This document shows, in pieces, positions 20,409 through 33,140 of a stretch of DNA of 64,000 bases (position 1 is the stretch's first letter; the number at the start of each line of letters is the position of its first letter). The notes beneath the pieces are model-generated. The model was not told where the DNA came from, ran no database searches, and saw only the letters and a list, made by a program, of their open reading frames with translations. Position numbers and translations under genes: made by a program. The stretch is from Tubulanus polymorphus. Its lineage: Eukaryota > Animalia > Nemertea. The stretch spans positions 15,755,653 to 15,819,652 of the forward strand of contig NC_134028.1 of NCBI RefSeq assembly GCF_964204645.1. Direction: 5' to 3'.

Positions 20409-23096
20409 GCTGAAAACCAACCGAATGTTTTAACTATCTAAAGTACCTGACCTTACCCCTAATCCTATCCCTAGGGGTAAAACGGAACCCTCTGGACCCT
20501 CTTCTCACCATCTCGACACTAACCCTATCGAATCCCTTACCCTAAACCCAATATAATTATTTTATTGTTGCTTTTAGTTAATAAGTTAATAATACTATAG
20601 GCCTATATATAGGCCTAGTAATGATGTACGGTAAAATAGTGGAAGTTACTTTGCCGTATACAGTTAAATATCCACTTCGTTTTTAGTATTTACCACAGGC
20701 ACTCTCCGATGGGCTTGGGATAAAATTCCTGGGGTATTTGATAGTGTATCTGTGTTTTGATTGGTTATTCTGTAGTAAATGATCAGGCCTTAAAATTGGG
20801 AAAATCAGACTTGCAGCTAGTCTGAATACCAGTTGTCGTTACAGGTTCCCTACAACGTCTCACGATAAAGTATCATATATGGGTCCTCCTTATCACCGAG
20901 ATGACGTTATTTACCGAGATCAACCGAGATGGCTTGAAATATAACATATTTATTTATTCCTTATCTATTATAACACTTGAAATCATGTTATATCAGTAAT
21001 AAATACCTTCCAGAGTCATATTTTTCAATGTTATTTATCAATGTCAGTCCAAGTTCAAGTCCGAATCCGTAATTTACACTCCTATCATGCAATAGCCATT
21101 ACCTGCCAAAATATAATAGTCGTTCATGGGTTCAAGATCGCTTTAAGTGCTCGGAAAACGCTTTTAATTTCTACCTCCTAAATTGTTTCGCGCCTTCGGC
21201 CTGCGCCGTCAGCATGTTCGCGTGTGTAACTCAAGAAAAAAACCGTGGATTTCAAAGGTCGGTGTTCTCATCTCTGTACTTAGTCAGTAACCTGTCCGTG
21301 GTTTAGTTTCACGATCAGATATTTTCAAAAACCACAGTCAGGAATGGGAAGGTCACTTTTGTATGCAATCTTCGTCGGCCAATTTGACTGACGAGTAATT
21401 TGCCTGGCATTTCATTGTCTCTTAAGATATCCGTCTAATTTTTGTTGTAATCGATGCACAACAGATTCGTAGTTTGTCTGATACCTATAACACCTCACCT
21501 GACGATCTTAATCCATGTGCAAATCGGCCGTAAAGTGAGAGTAAATTTCCGTCGAGTCAACAGCTGCCATTTTGAAAATTACTGGAGGGTGCTGGCAACT
21601 GTTGACTGAGGCCAGGACAACAGCACAAACTATCGAAGCGAAACAACGAAATTGAAAAAATTAATAAATCAACACTTATTCACATTTTTCTTTTACCAGA
21701 ATTTATTATTTCATTATTTATTGTAGAAAACACGAAGATTTGAAATATAAGTTGAAAAACCATCAAAAATAAAAATTGTCTTTTCGTCTTGGAAGTTTTA
21801 TATAAATCCTTGTATATAGGTATGTAGAATCCTTGTATGTAGGTCCCCTTGTCTTATCATGCCACATGTGCAATACAGAGAAATGGCGGCCAATGGCGAA
21901 ATTTGTGGAGAAATTAATTAATTTCTTAAAATAATGTTGATTAATCACTCGAAACATACATAAAATTGGATTATTTCGAAAGGTACCTGTGTTAGTTTGT
22001 GAATTAAGCCATTAATTGTGGACTGAAGTGAATAGAAAGTATATTTTTGAAGTGTTACTTTTTTCAACCGTGTTTTAGCCCTTGTCATCCCTAACGTTGG
22101 TATAAGCCCATCCGATTATAAAAAGCTTACCACCAACGATTAGGTAACTAACTACTCTGTACTAAAAAGTGACTTGTGCCGACTGGAACCGACAGGAGCC
22201 GACTGGAAACCTACTGGAGCTCGAATTGAAAATAAAGCCGTTTTTATTTATGATACGCGCGTATGCCGACGGCAAATTTTCCTTTTATTTAACCAACGCG
22301 CCTAATCCGCGTATACAAATCGTCGCATTTATTTAACATACTTGCATACACGCGTATCATACGCAACCAACTCGTTGTTTTAGACGCGTTGCTGTCGCAT
22401 TAAGCAAGATGGCGGATCCGGTGCGCGTGAGGTACGTTGTTAAAGAAACAAATTATTTTGTAAATAAGATGTTGAAATCATGAGATACGTTTCTGAAAGT
22501 TGTTCACGTGTGTTGTACTTGTACATTTATTACGGCAGTAATGATCTAAAAATCTCACCAGTGACGTATTCTTGGTGAAAGCGGTTTAGTGTGTAGTCGA
22601 TCCTGTCTGTGTTATAGTGTATGTACTGTGTAGGCCTACCACAGGCACCCACAAGGACTCATCTCGTTTGACAGTGCCGTGGAGGTCACCAATTCCCAAA
22701 TTATTACTGAATTGGCGACTTCAATCAACCAATCAATCATCTTTTTTTATGATACTTCAGTGAAGGCATACGTTTCTTACTTTTTACAGTACATGTAGTG
22801 GAACTGCTAGCTGTGTTTCTGACGATAAGAGTTTTACAGTCACATTGGATATGGGTGATGCCCTTGCGACATTCACGGTGGACAGGGCCACATAGGCCTA
22901 TGTGGCAGTAGTGGAAAATAATGGTAGGTAGGCCTGTTTTCGTCATTACTTGCAATTCTTCTTTCATTCCAGATCTATCTCATTTGAATCTCATTCATGT
23001 CATGTGAATGATAATAATAGCAATATTTGTTAGGCTTATTCATATTTCATTTATGATGGTACATGAAAATTTATTTGTATTTTTTGTTTTTTGTAG

Positions 23097-23997
23097 ATGA
23101 GGAAGAAATAAAAAAGCTCAAGGACGCTTATCATAGACAGTCAGGTCGATCAATTGCAATTGTTGAAAGTAAATCAAATGCCAAAGGTGTGTGGTCTTCA
23201 ATATACAATATACCTTTATTGTGTTCTCAATAATTTGATGTTTTTTTGGAATCAAATGGATCTTAAAAAGTCTTGAACCTAAATGTAATACTTTGATGAT
23301 TTTGGGCTATGTGACCTGCAAGGGGTGGATGAAATCGGTTGTATTTATTTTCAGAGAAAATTTTGAATAATAGATAAACTCTGTTTTATGATTTCTATAA
23401 TTCATTTTTCAGCTGATGCAATGTCACGTGCTGCCGTGTTGTGCCTTATTGATCTTTATAGTAAAAATGCAACGAAGATGGCTGATAAAAAAACTGAAAA
23501 AAAAAGTATGGAATGATATTGCCACAGAAATGAAAAAGCAGGGACATTTTTTTGAGTGGCTTCATCTAAAGAATAAATTTAGTAATCTTCTGCGTTACTA
23601 TCGGAGCGTAAAAGACCACAACAACAAAACTGGCAGAGAACCCAAAACATGTCCATATTTTAAGGAGTTGGACAATATTTTTGGTTCGAAACAAAACACC
23701 CATCCAGATGTCATTTTGGATTCATTTTCGGATGAACCAAATGATAGAGGATCTTCTACTGACACCGAAAATGATCTTTTTGATAGTTTGCTTGCTTCTT
23801 ATAAACGTAAAAGTGTCCAAACACCAAAGAAATCAAAAGTATTGAAATCACTCGAAAGTTTCCATCAACAGAAATTGGAGGAAAATGAGAAATTATCTCA
23901 TCAAATGGAAACGCAACATCAACAGATGATGGAGATTGAAAAACAAAAATTAGAGGGCACCAGAGGTGAAAAAATTAGACCTCCTTCTAGTAGATAA
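23097..23997 (+). pseudogene. Myb/SANT-like (trihelix) DNA-binding protein of the Harbinger; exons 23097-23186 and 23413-23997, frameshift in an A-run near 23490
   Basis: AVLCLIDLY...KKVWNDIATEMKKQG...KNKFSNLLRYYRSVKDHNNKTGREPKTCPYFKELDNIFG plus a C-terminal coiled coil; phase-compatible AG/GT sites; candidate first exon at 22409-22431 (not phase-compatible with exon 2). Confidence 0.8.
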
Positions 23998-24944
23998 ATT
24001 CTAAAAAAGAGAAAGTGAAATAGGACCAAATATCAGTTTTGTATTTTAATGCAGATGTTAGCATTTTATGAATTTTATTTTCAGTGCAAGCGTAAGCATT
24101 TTGTTGATTAAATTTTCTGCTCAAGTGATCTCTAGATTTTTAAATTTTTATATATATTTTATCTGTATATTATATGGGACGACCGATTGTCTTTCAAACA
24201 CAATGCAGGTTCATCTTGGCTAGAAACAAGAAAAATAGAGTTGATTTGAGTAATTCGATGTAGTAAAATTCAGTCTTTTAGGTTCTATCCTTAAAATCAT
24301 GGTCCCTTTGTTGACAGCTATTAGCCTCAATCCGTCCATTTGTAGTTTCTTTCGTGGCCGTATATTTACTGAGAGGATCATCATTCCTGGGATCCAGGAA
24401 GCAAGGGTAGATTTGGTGTGTTAAGGGAGAGGAATCTAATTTAGTCTTGAGCTGCTTCATATTCTGTACTACATGCAGCTAATTACATACAATACATGTA
24501 TCAATGAAAAATATACCCCGCAATCAAATTTAGATCTGGATTTAGGTATAGATGGAGAGCTCATCACTTAACCTGGGATTATTTTCCCCGTTTTCAACAC
24601 GCTGTAATCAGTAGATTCTCCTCGAACCTAAAATGCATTCAACTTGACAAGTCATTAATTTTTTTCCTGTCTCCTATGTTTTCTATAGAACCCTTGAACT
24701 CGAAACCCATTTAAACGAATGATTTTGTAATCAGCTTTTCCCATTCAATTTGAGCTGACCAGAGTCTACTGTATTACTGCAAGTCTCCACCACATGCAAA
24801 ATGGAAAAGAAAATCTGTGTAATCTGGAAGAGAGCATTGTATTTTCATACATTGTATCATATTCATTATACACAGCTGAAAAATTATTTTGGATCTCACA
24901 TCTTACAGAAACACGTACGCATTGATTTTTGAAATCTTTCGAAC

Positions 24945-25120
24945 CTACTCGAATGCTTCTAGGATTACTGCAATTGCACGACGTTTAGCAATGGCTGATG
25001 GAAGAGGTTCATTTCCATGAGTAACATTATCATCATCGATTTGCGCTTCATCACCTTCATTTAAATAATCTTCTACAGACTCACTTACTAAACAGATATT
25101 GTGCAAGACAAAACAACTTA
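24945..25120 (-). pseudogene. C-terminus of a Harbinger (DDE_Tnp_4/HARBI1-like) transposase
   Basis: ISCFVLHNIC, acidic linker, then AIAKRRAIA*. Confidence 0.75.
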
Positions 25121-25465
25121 TGCCCAAAAATGTCAATTTTGGCCCGAATTCTGAGTCCTGTAGCTTCCTACTGGTTTACCATTTCTCATTGCAATTTGTG
25201 ATGGGTATTCTTTGGAAAAGGGTGTTTTATACCTGAGACAAGTATTTTTGATCAGCCAATTATGACGCAATTGGCAGCCATCTTGGTGTCATCAGTACGC
25301 ATTTGTAGGTGGGAAAAAGTTTTTCGACATTATATTGAAACCTAAGCATATTTTGTTACGACAATGAATTAGAAAGTTGTAGTTCATAAGGTGCTCTATG
25401 ATTGTGGTGAGTTTCAAGTTTGTTGGTTTTGTATCTGGCTACCAGGGGGCGTTGAATAATACAAT

Positions 25466-26978
25466 ACAAAGCTGGTAGGTGCGGGAACTCCGCAGAACTT
25501 ACTCCCTCTTGCCCTGCCATGTTGCGTTTCCCTGTTCCAGATGACAAAACTTCTTGATGTGGCCCCTGGCGTTACAGCCATGACAATGAATCAGTCAGTT
25601 GAGCCACTTGTACTTTCAGCTTTTCCAACTCAGAATTACCGCCAGATTTCTCAGAGACACTTTTCACAAAGAAACGACCACCTGCTTGGCGGTCGGCTTC
25701 TAACTTATGCCCTTCTAACTCGACAGCTAGAGTGACCAGATCGTCGAGTGTTTTACTCTTGCTCATGAACAATTTCATTCTAAGCTCACTGTCGTCTAGA
25801 GCATCGAGGAAATGAGTGCGCAACAATCTGTCTTTTTGGAACATGTCTTTGCCAGGATATGCTTGGTTACCTAGCGTAATCAAGGCTTGCTCTTACTCTC
25901 TCAAACTGTCATTTCTCTTCCTGTGCCTGTTCCGCAATTCGGCCAAAGATTGCTCAGACTGGTGACTAGCACCAAACCTATTTTGTAACGCCTGGACAAA
26001 ATATGTGAAATCTCTCTGATCGGAACAAGGTAGAGAACAGGCAAGCTTCCTAGCAGCACCCTTTAGATGTGTAAACATGATAGCAGCCCTCATGGACTCA
26101 TTCCATTGATTTATTTCTGCTGCTATACAAAACACCTGGAAATAATCATCCCATGCACCGTCTCCACTAAAACACTCAGGGTCGACAGCCCTAAACTTCG
26201 GTCTCACTTCTAAGAAATCTCCTCTATCTGCAGTACCTAGAGACGACCCAACAGACTTGGCCGATGCACTGCCAGCTGGACACCTCGCTCCACTCACAGA
26301 GTGATGTCTACTGACGGCGATCGACTATCCTCTTCCATGGCTACTGGCCTACCGCTGGCTCCTACAGCCACATCGCCGGCTTCCTGGGCACTCTTGTTAA
26401 CTTGAATGTATATTTCGACATCAGCCACACAGGAATGAGGAGGACCTTCACTGATATACTTAAGCGAATGTAAATATACATGTTTATCTGAAGAACAGAC
26501 AAAACAGTTGTCAACGTAAGAACAATACGATACAATTAAACCTCTCTTATTTACTGATACAGAGACTGAGCGTTCACTACTATAAGCATACATGCGATTT
26601 AAGGGAAAGAAAGTGATCGGTTGAGCGAGAATGAGGACACTATCCCACCGCTGCCACCATGTGTAACGTTTTACGTGTTCTAGCATTTTGCCTAGTGTGA
26701 ATGTACATGTACCCGTTATAATTGTTGAAACAACTCTTTCATAAAAGTCACTAACGTGATATCTGAAATGTATATCTATGTAAATGTATGTATGGTGAGT
26801 TCGTATTTTCTGGACGATCACTGGAGTTATACAGATGAATCCTCTTCTCTTACGAATGTCTCCTCTCCTCTTACGAATGAATCCTCTCCTTTTTTTCGGA
26901 AAACAGAGAATGAAAATCGGTATTGTACACAATTGGGTATTAAAAGTTAATGCTTTAGGCAATATAGGCGACGTTACA
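25466..26978 (-). mobile_element. Gypsy 5' half: LTR (26662-26978), tRNA-Leu PBS (26643-26659) and disrupted gag
   Basis: LTR bounded by TGTAACG...CGTTACA; PBS TGGTGGCAGCGGTGGGA; gag P..FSGDGAWDDY..F...AEINQW...LKGAA...LQNRFG; zinc knuckle CHGCNARGHIKKFC at ~25545-25590. Confidence 0.88.
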
Positions 26979-27421
26979 AGCGTCCTCCTGCGTCCACATA
27001 ACTATGGTGAGTATAGGTAAGAAGGGGTAGTTGTACCTCCACAGGAAAAAGATAGTGCTCAACATTCCGAAGACGGAAGTGCGAAAATCCCCGACTAAAC
27101 CCAGGTGTGCGGCTCCCGGAACTCCCAGGGCTTGAGATGAGAAAAGTTACCACACACGGCATCACGTCTCGGGTTATTGGCCACTCAACCCACCATGATA
27201 CGCGGTAACCAGCGGGTGCCTACCCCAGACCCGAAATCACCCTACCTCATTCTTTAAGGGAATCAGGCCTCAACACTCATCCCTCCTACTGGCGTGACAG
27301 CATGTCCAACGCCACAGGATACAAAGCTGACGAACCTTTCATCGTACATGGAAGGACCTCGGGGCCTTACCTGGTGATCCTCTACTGCCGAGTCCGCAAC
27401 ACACCTGCTCAATCACAGTCC

Positions 27422-27810
27422 AGAAGAATTCAAGTTTATCTTGTTGTTTTATACACTCTTATTGAATGATGACGTAGAGTTGATGGATGGCAAAGCCTGG
27501 CAGTGATCCAGATAAAATAGTTGCAGTTGTTAGAAAGGAGAGAATTTTCGAGGATTTTGCTCATTTCACAGAATATTCAACGAAAGAAGATATATCTGAG
27601 TTTAACACATGTCAAGTCACATATTTTTGTAATATATTTTCACAGAGCTCTAGGCATTTACACAACTGATATTTTCGTGGTTTTCACTCATAGAGAAGTG
27701 GTACTATATTATATCTAGATAAGAAGATGGCACAGATAGAACTCCAATCTCCTACCCAGTCACTTTCTTTTGTGGATGCATCTATATTATATAGTTTTAA
27801 TCTAATTCAA
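27422..27810. repeat. ~390-bp near-identical direct duplicate of 28075-28460
   Basis: Both copies run AGAAGAATTCAAGTTTATCTTG...TCTAATTCA with few differences. Confidence 0.9.
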
Positions 27811-27889
27811 CCAAAATCAACGTAAATAACCACATGTTTAAAGGCAAATGAATCGATGTACACTTAATTTTCGTTGAAAATACACTGTA

Positions 27890-28710
27890 AAGTCTATTCA
27901 CAACGAGTTGACGTGCGGCTTATTGACCACAGAGGTATCAGTTTACAGTAGTGAACTCTGTTGCAGAGTGCATGCTGAGCCAGTTAAGTGGCTTGTTGCT
28001 ATGGTTTTGTACACAAATTCAGCAAGAGTGAATAACTAGCAAGATTTCACAAGACATGCTGTCTTAGGAATATAGAAGAATTCAAGTTTATCTTGTTGTT
28101 TTATACACTCTTATTGAATGATGACGTAGAGTTGATGGATGGCAAAGCCTGGCAGTGATCCAGATAAAATAGTTGCAGTTGTTAGAAAGGAGAGAATTTT
28201 CGAGGATTTTGCTCATTTCACAATATTCAACGAAAGAAGATATATCTGAGTTTAACACATGTCAAGTCACATATTTTTGTAATATATTTTCACAGAGCTC
28301 TAGGCATTTACACAACTGATATTTTCGTGGATTTCACTCATAGAGAAGTGGTTCTATATTATATCTAGATAAGAAGATGGTACAGATAGAACTCCAATCT
28401 TCTACACAGTCACTTTCTTTTGTGGATGCATCTATATTATATAGTTTGAATCTAATTCAGACGAAAAATCATCGCTGATATTTATGAATTTGTCAACCAA
28501 ATCATTTGCATTTTAAACTGACTTGTGTAATATTAAAGAACTGAGTGGTTGGAGATGCAAGGTGTAGTTATTCACTCTTGGTGGAAGCTGGGCTACAGTG
28601 GGTCAGCACATCTGTGATGGATCATTTGTGTAGCAGCTATCTGACAGCTCACAGCAGTAGCTGCTCTTTGATGTGGAGAAAAAGCCGCACGTCAACTCGT
28701 GAATAGACTT
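27890..28710. mobile_element. MITE with ~30-bp TIRs
   Basis: AAGTCTATTCAC(A)ACGAGTTGACGTGCGGCTT versus AAGCCGCACGTCAACTCGTGAATAGACTT. Confidence 0.7.
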
Positions 28711-28712
28711 CA

Positions 28713-29065
28713 CGTAATAACGGGCTAATCGACTATAACTGTTCTCTGATGTATTCTTCCTCTACCGGCGGCTCATCTCTATCTACGTTGACACTAAACT
28801 GTGAGGCTCCCATCATCTCAACGGGGGCATATCAATGAGAATGAAGGAAATAACTCTCGACTTAATATACATGGACTTAGTTATCCCACACCGAAACTTT
28901 TGCGAAGCACGCAACTCCAGTGATCGTCCATAAAACATGAACTCACCATACACATACATTTTAGATATCACGATGGTGTCTTTTATGAGGGAGTTGTTTC
29001 AACAATTATAACGGGTACATGTACATTCACCCTAGGAAAAATGCTAGAAAGCGTAAAACATTACA
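28713..29065 (+). mobile_element. Related LTR in the opposite orientation (probable solo LTR)
   Basis: 28913-29065 is a diverged reverse complement of 26662-26828 and ends CATTACA; left boundary tentative. Confidence 0.65.
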
Positions 29066-29851
29066 TATGGTCACCAAGGGGCATTGAATACTGAAACCGT
29101 TAGAATGTTGAGCATTTGAAACCACTTCCCAAGTGGGCTTGGTGTCTCTGGACCCCTAGTTACTAAGCGTTTTGACAACACATAGTTAAAATCATCAGTG
29201 CAAATGAGCTAAAATCTTTTGGAATCAACCAATAAGATCCCTGCTTATGACTTAGGGGTTGGTTTAGTGTATAGATTGGCATTTTAGTCGAAGAAAATAG
29301 AAATCGAAAAATACCCTTTTTTAAGAGCAAAATCACCACTTTAGAACCCAGAATAAGTGACGAATCTGTCATCAGGTTTCGAAAGGTATTATTATTATTA
29401 TTCGCATTATTTTATTTCGTATCGGGGCTGAGCGATCGCTGCCGGAAAATTTGAAGTCTAAATTTAGCGTTGAAGCGAGCGATACAAAATGGTGATCAGC
29501 ACTTATTGTTATTGGTTATTTGAGCCCTCCCCATTCGAACAAGCTTTCTTTCAGTACATTTGGATATAGGTATTGCTGAGAACACTGTATATGGTATGCA
29601 CATTTTTGCTCAATTTCCGTTTTTGTTGCTGGGGACTCGATCATATGTAATGTACTTCATGGTTCAGTCCATTTGACATAAAAACAATTTTGTATGAATA
29701 TTTTTATCATCAGTCCTTCAATATTGGGTGGATGTCGAGTTCATCAAACAACAATTGAGTTGGTGAGCTAGGAGGTTATATCCAATTGATTGACAGGTGC
29801 ATAAGTGGTGACATTTAAAAAAAAATGATTCCTTGTTCTTTTTTTTTGTAG

Positions 29852-30017
29852 GAGGGCAAGAATCTAAACCTCTTGACAGAATCACTTGAGAGAAGCAATA
29901 AAATGACAAAAAATATGACATCAGTTCTTCAATCCTTTGATCTTCGACTTCGAAAATTAGAAGAAAACATTACGCCTGTTTATTTGGAAACTGGGAATTT
30001 ACAAAGAAGGCAAGAAA
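29852..30017 (+). CDS. EXOC7: EXOC7 exon 2
   Basis: Polypyrimidine-TAG acceptor; EGKNLNLLTESLERSNKMTKNMTSVLQSFDLRLRKLEENITPVYLETGNLQRRQE matches the Exo70 N-terminal helix; ends in phase 1. Confidence 0.93.
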
Positions 30018-31500
30018 GTATCCTTTGCTCAAGTTTTCTCAGCTAAGTTCGTAGTATGCGCATAAACCATAATTGTTTATGTTTGAATGAAGAATTTTAC
30101 ACTGAAACACTTTATTTGACTTTTATTTGAAATAAGCATGGAAGCTTTGATACATAGCAGAACCCCGAAATTGACTCAAAGATAAGCTTGATTTAAAGTT
30201 CATTTTGTCAGAGATGTATTCGCGTACACATATTCATATAAAAGATTCTGTACAGGTTCCGTACAGGTTGTAGCACCATACTGAGTATGTGATTACGCAT
30301 AACTTCGGTTTTAGACTTACGTACACTAAATTTTTAGACTTCTGAATATACTGGCAAATCTAACATCCCCACCCCCTAAATATTTAAAATGAACCTTTAT
30401 TTCCTTAAATTTCCATCGGTTTTAACGAGATCGTTTACAACAGAATATCGGATAGAACAAAGTAAATTTTGTGTCCCAAGAGCAATTTTCATCGATTGCA
30501 ACGTAATTCCACGAGGCCGTAGCAGAAATATTGTTCAGTCGAACCTGTGTGTAATAGTACAAAGCATTGTTTTATATACTGAACAACCCGCAGTTACTGA
30601 CAACATAGTAATAACAATACATACACCTTATCTGTTCATATTTTCTACAACAGCGCCTCACAAACACGTACATTTGATTTGGCCACTAAAGCCAAAATAC
30701 TTCAAAAAGTTGACAAAGGGACGAAAAAAGTGGATGTATGCAGAATGTTAATTTTGAAGGCTCTGAGCGGCTTATCGGACAGATAAACTAAAGCGATTGT
30801 TAGTCCAAATTACAATGAGAATGATGAAAATCTTCCGCGGAAACCCAGATTTCCGCGGTTGGGTGTGCATTTTTATCATTCTTGAGATTGATGTAGATCC
30901 GTTGAGAAAATGATGGGAGGGGTTAGGATCTCGGGGGAAAAGTTGAGAGTTAGATCGTAGCATACTTAAAGAACAGGCCGTAAAAGCTTCTCATAAAACC
31001 GGTGCTGTGATCTCTGAAATCTCTTTTAACAACATCATGGCGAAACACAGCTGTTGTCTAGACCGGCTGTACAGATCAATAATATATATACATGTAATAC
31101 CACTGTGCGGGAAATCTAAATTTAGAATCTGTGGTCGCGCGCTTCAATTCATTCAACAAAGCATAGCCTACTTGCCAAGTGACGCTATTTCCGTGAATTC
31201 AAAACCTAGTAAGAGATACACGCTTTCCACTGCCAATATAGTACTGGCTTTCCCCAGTCACCTACATCACTGTAGTGTGTACAACATACTGACGGTATAT
31301 ATACAGCAGGATGGCGCAGGCTGGGCTGGATACTACATAACAAGTTAACGGTTTCAGGATGCTTTTATGGTCCAGTACTGGATAAAACTATCTCTGCCCA
31401 CAGAAGTATCACAGAAATAATGGATCAAAAATAGTAGTACGAAAAAATGGCTCATTTTCATAGTAACTTCAAATTGTCACTCCATTCACGTAAAACATTA

Positions 31501-31858
31501 AGCCTAGCGCACATCGACAGTGCGATTGGAGACAACTAGTTGCAAGGCAGTTTTCGGCGCATGAGAGGAACTGGCTGGATACGATCAGTTGCTTGAACGT
31601 GTCGATGTGAGCGAGCTTACGATTGGTAAGCGTCGATCTATCTCCAGTTCCAGCCAGTTGCCCATGTTCTACTTTTGAGCAACTGGTTGTACTCAATCGC
31701 AGTCATATCCGTCGTTGTGCGCGCTCTGGATCTCGACTATCGACACGCACCATGCAGTTGCTGCAACTGACCGGTTATAACTAGATTTCGATGTGCGCGG
31801 GGTAATCGTTCGGTAGCAACTAGTTGTCTCCAATCGCAGTGTCGATGTGCGCTAGGCT
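31501..31858. mobile_element. PIF/Harbinger-type MITE
   Basis: ~43-bp TIR AGCCTAGCGCACATCGACA...; TTA on both sides. Confidence 0.88.
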
Positions 31859-32708
31859 TTAGAAACAGCTTAAAATGACTCAAAATAATGTTTCAATTAT
31901 TCCCCACAACATAGCGTTGCCAGATTTCTGATCTAATGGTCCAAGAAGTTATTGCATTTCTCGTTAGTTATCTGGTAGATGAGAGCAGCTTAAACTATCG
32001 AGCAGACATTGGCAGTAAAGAATGGGGAACGGCCTCCTCTGAATAGATAGTATAAAATTATGTACTTCCGATTTATAAATATCATAGTGTTAGAATATCA
32101 CTGTTATTCCAACTATCAGGAGCCATGGGATTAATTGGGATTAATTCTCAGCGTCAGAATATGTATTTCTAGAGCAGTGGAACGGCAGGCCTACTCGTGA
32201 CTGAACCCCGTATAGGTAAGTTATGTGATTGTGCCGGAATGGCTTTACTAAAGTTAAAACCACTTCGTGATGACACGAAAAACTATTTCATGATGACACG
32301 AAACATCAAACGGTAAACGGTAGGCAACCACCATGATACGATATCACCAATAAAGATAGATCATTTTACTCAATTATTCCAGAGTTGTTTATTGGAGGAA
32401 AATATCATTGTTAAGTACGGCGAGAACAACCATCTTGTGTCATCAATCAGTTGACTGACAGTTTATTGTGAAATTCCATCGGTTCGGCTGTATTCTAAGA
32501 TAAGTTTTCACTTTGAGATGCTCTGTCGGCCTTCTGCGCACTCACGAGGCGGTAACTCACTCGGCAGATAGATAGATTCACTTTGTAATGCGTGCCCGGA
32601 AAAATAACTCTTATCTTAACAATGATTAGATTTATACTTTGTGTGTCGTAAATTGCAACGTTGCGATGGTTATTTGCGACTGTTGTAGTTTTTTGGAATT
32701 GAATCGAG

Positions 32709-32800
32709 CGGCCTCAGTAGCTCAGTGAGATAAGACGTGATGCTGTTGAATCCACTACCAGTGCTGAGTGACGAGAAGTGGGTTCGAATCCTTCGTTTTC
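32709..32800 (+). mobile_element. tRNA-derived SINE head
   Basis: A box TAGCTCAGTGAG and B box GGTTCGAATCC, but no convincing cloverleaf. Confidence 0.6.
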
Positions 32801-32911
32801 GTTGGTCCAACTACAAGAAAGAAGCACGCATTAGTTAAAGGAGTTCAATGCAATCATGACATGAATTTCCAGGAGTCATTTCAAAAGATGAATCAAAAAA
32901 GCAAAACTTAC

Positions 32912-33140
32912 CTTTGGTAGTGTTTTCATCATCATCGTCATCATCATCATCTAAATTTGTGTCCAATAGGCCTACAAGTTCTTCAGCGACCTCCAAGGAG
33001 AAATCCAACGTTTGTCCCAATTCTAATTTTCCTTTTTGCCCTGTTCCTTCTTCCTTTAATATTGACTGATGGCTGGTCATGCCAGGGGAAAATGTGAAGT
33101 ACTGCCATTTTCTTGATTCTCCATTGTAATCTGTCAGTGC
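32912..33140 (-). CDS. Orphan coding-like exon antisense to EXOC7
   Basis: TTTTTTTTAATTCAG acceptor, GTAAGT donor, open frame ALTDYNGESRKWQYFTFSPG...LDDDDDDDDENTTK. Confidence 0.55.

Larger units (their letters stand above)
22236..25120. mobile_element. Broken PIF/Harbinger transposon (Myb/SANT gene plus convergent transposase tail)
   Basis: Two-gene convergent layout typical of Harbinger; tentative left end TAA|AGCCGTTTT; right part lost at the HINE junction at ~25121. Confidence 0.7.
25121..29160 (+). mobile_element. Second HINE copy, 5'-truncated and split by ~3.6 kb of nested elements
   Basis: 25121-25465 matches 50605-50950; 29066-29160 supplies the 3' subTIR, hairpin and CTAG end. Confidence 0.75.

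Noticed and set aside
21882-22431. ATGGCGGC starts at 21883 or 22409 as EXOC7 exon 1
   Set aside because: The first hits a stop quickly; the second ends in phase 2, incompatible with phase-0 exon 2, and lies in the Harbinger. The exon at 17072-17116 fits both phase and sequence.
26294-26962. 222-aa ORF
   Set aside because: It runs through the LTR, PBS and leader with no protein signature; only its end may belong to gag.
32709-32800. Functional tRNA gene
   Set aside because: A and B boxes are present, but there is no acceptor or anticodon stem pairing; it fits a SINE head better.
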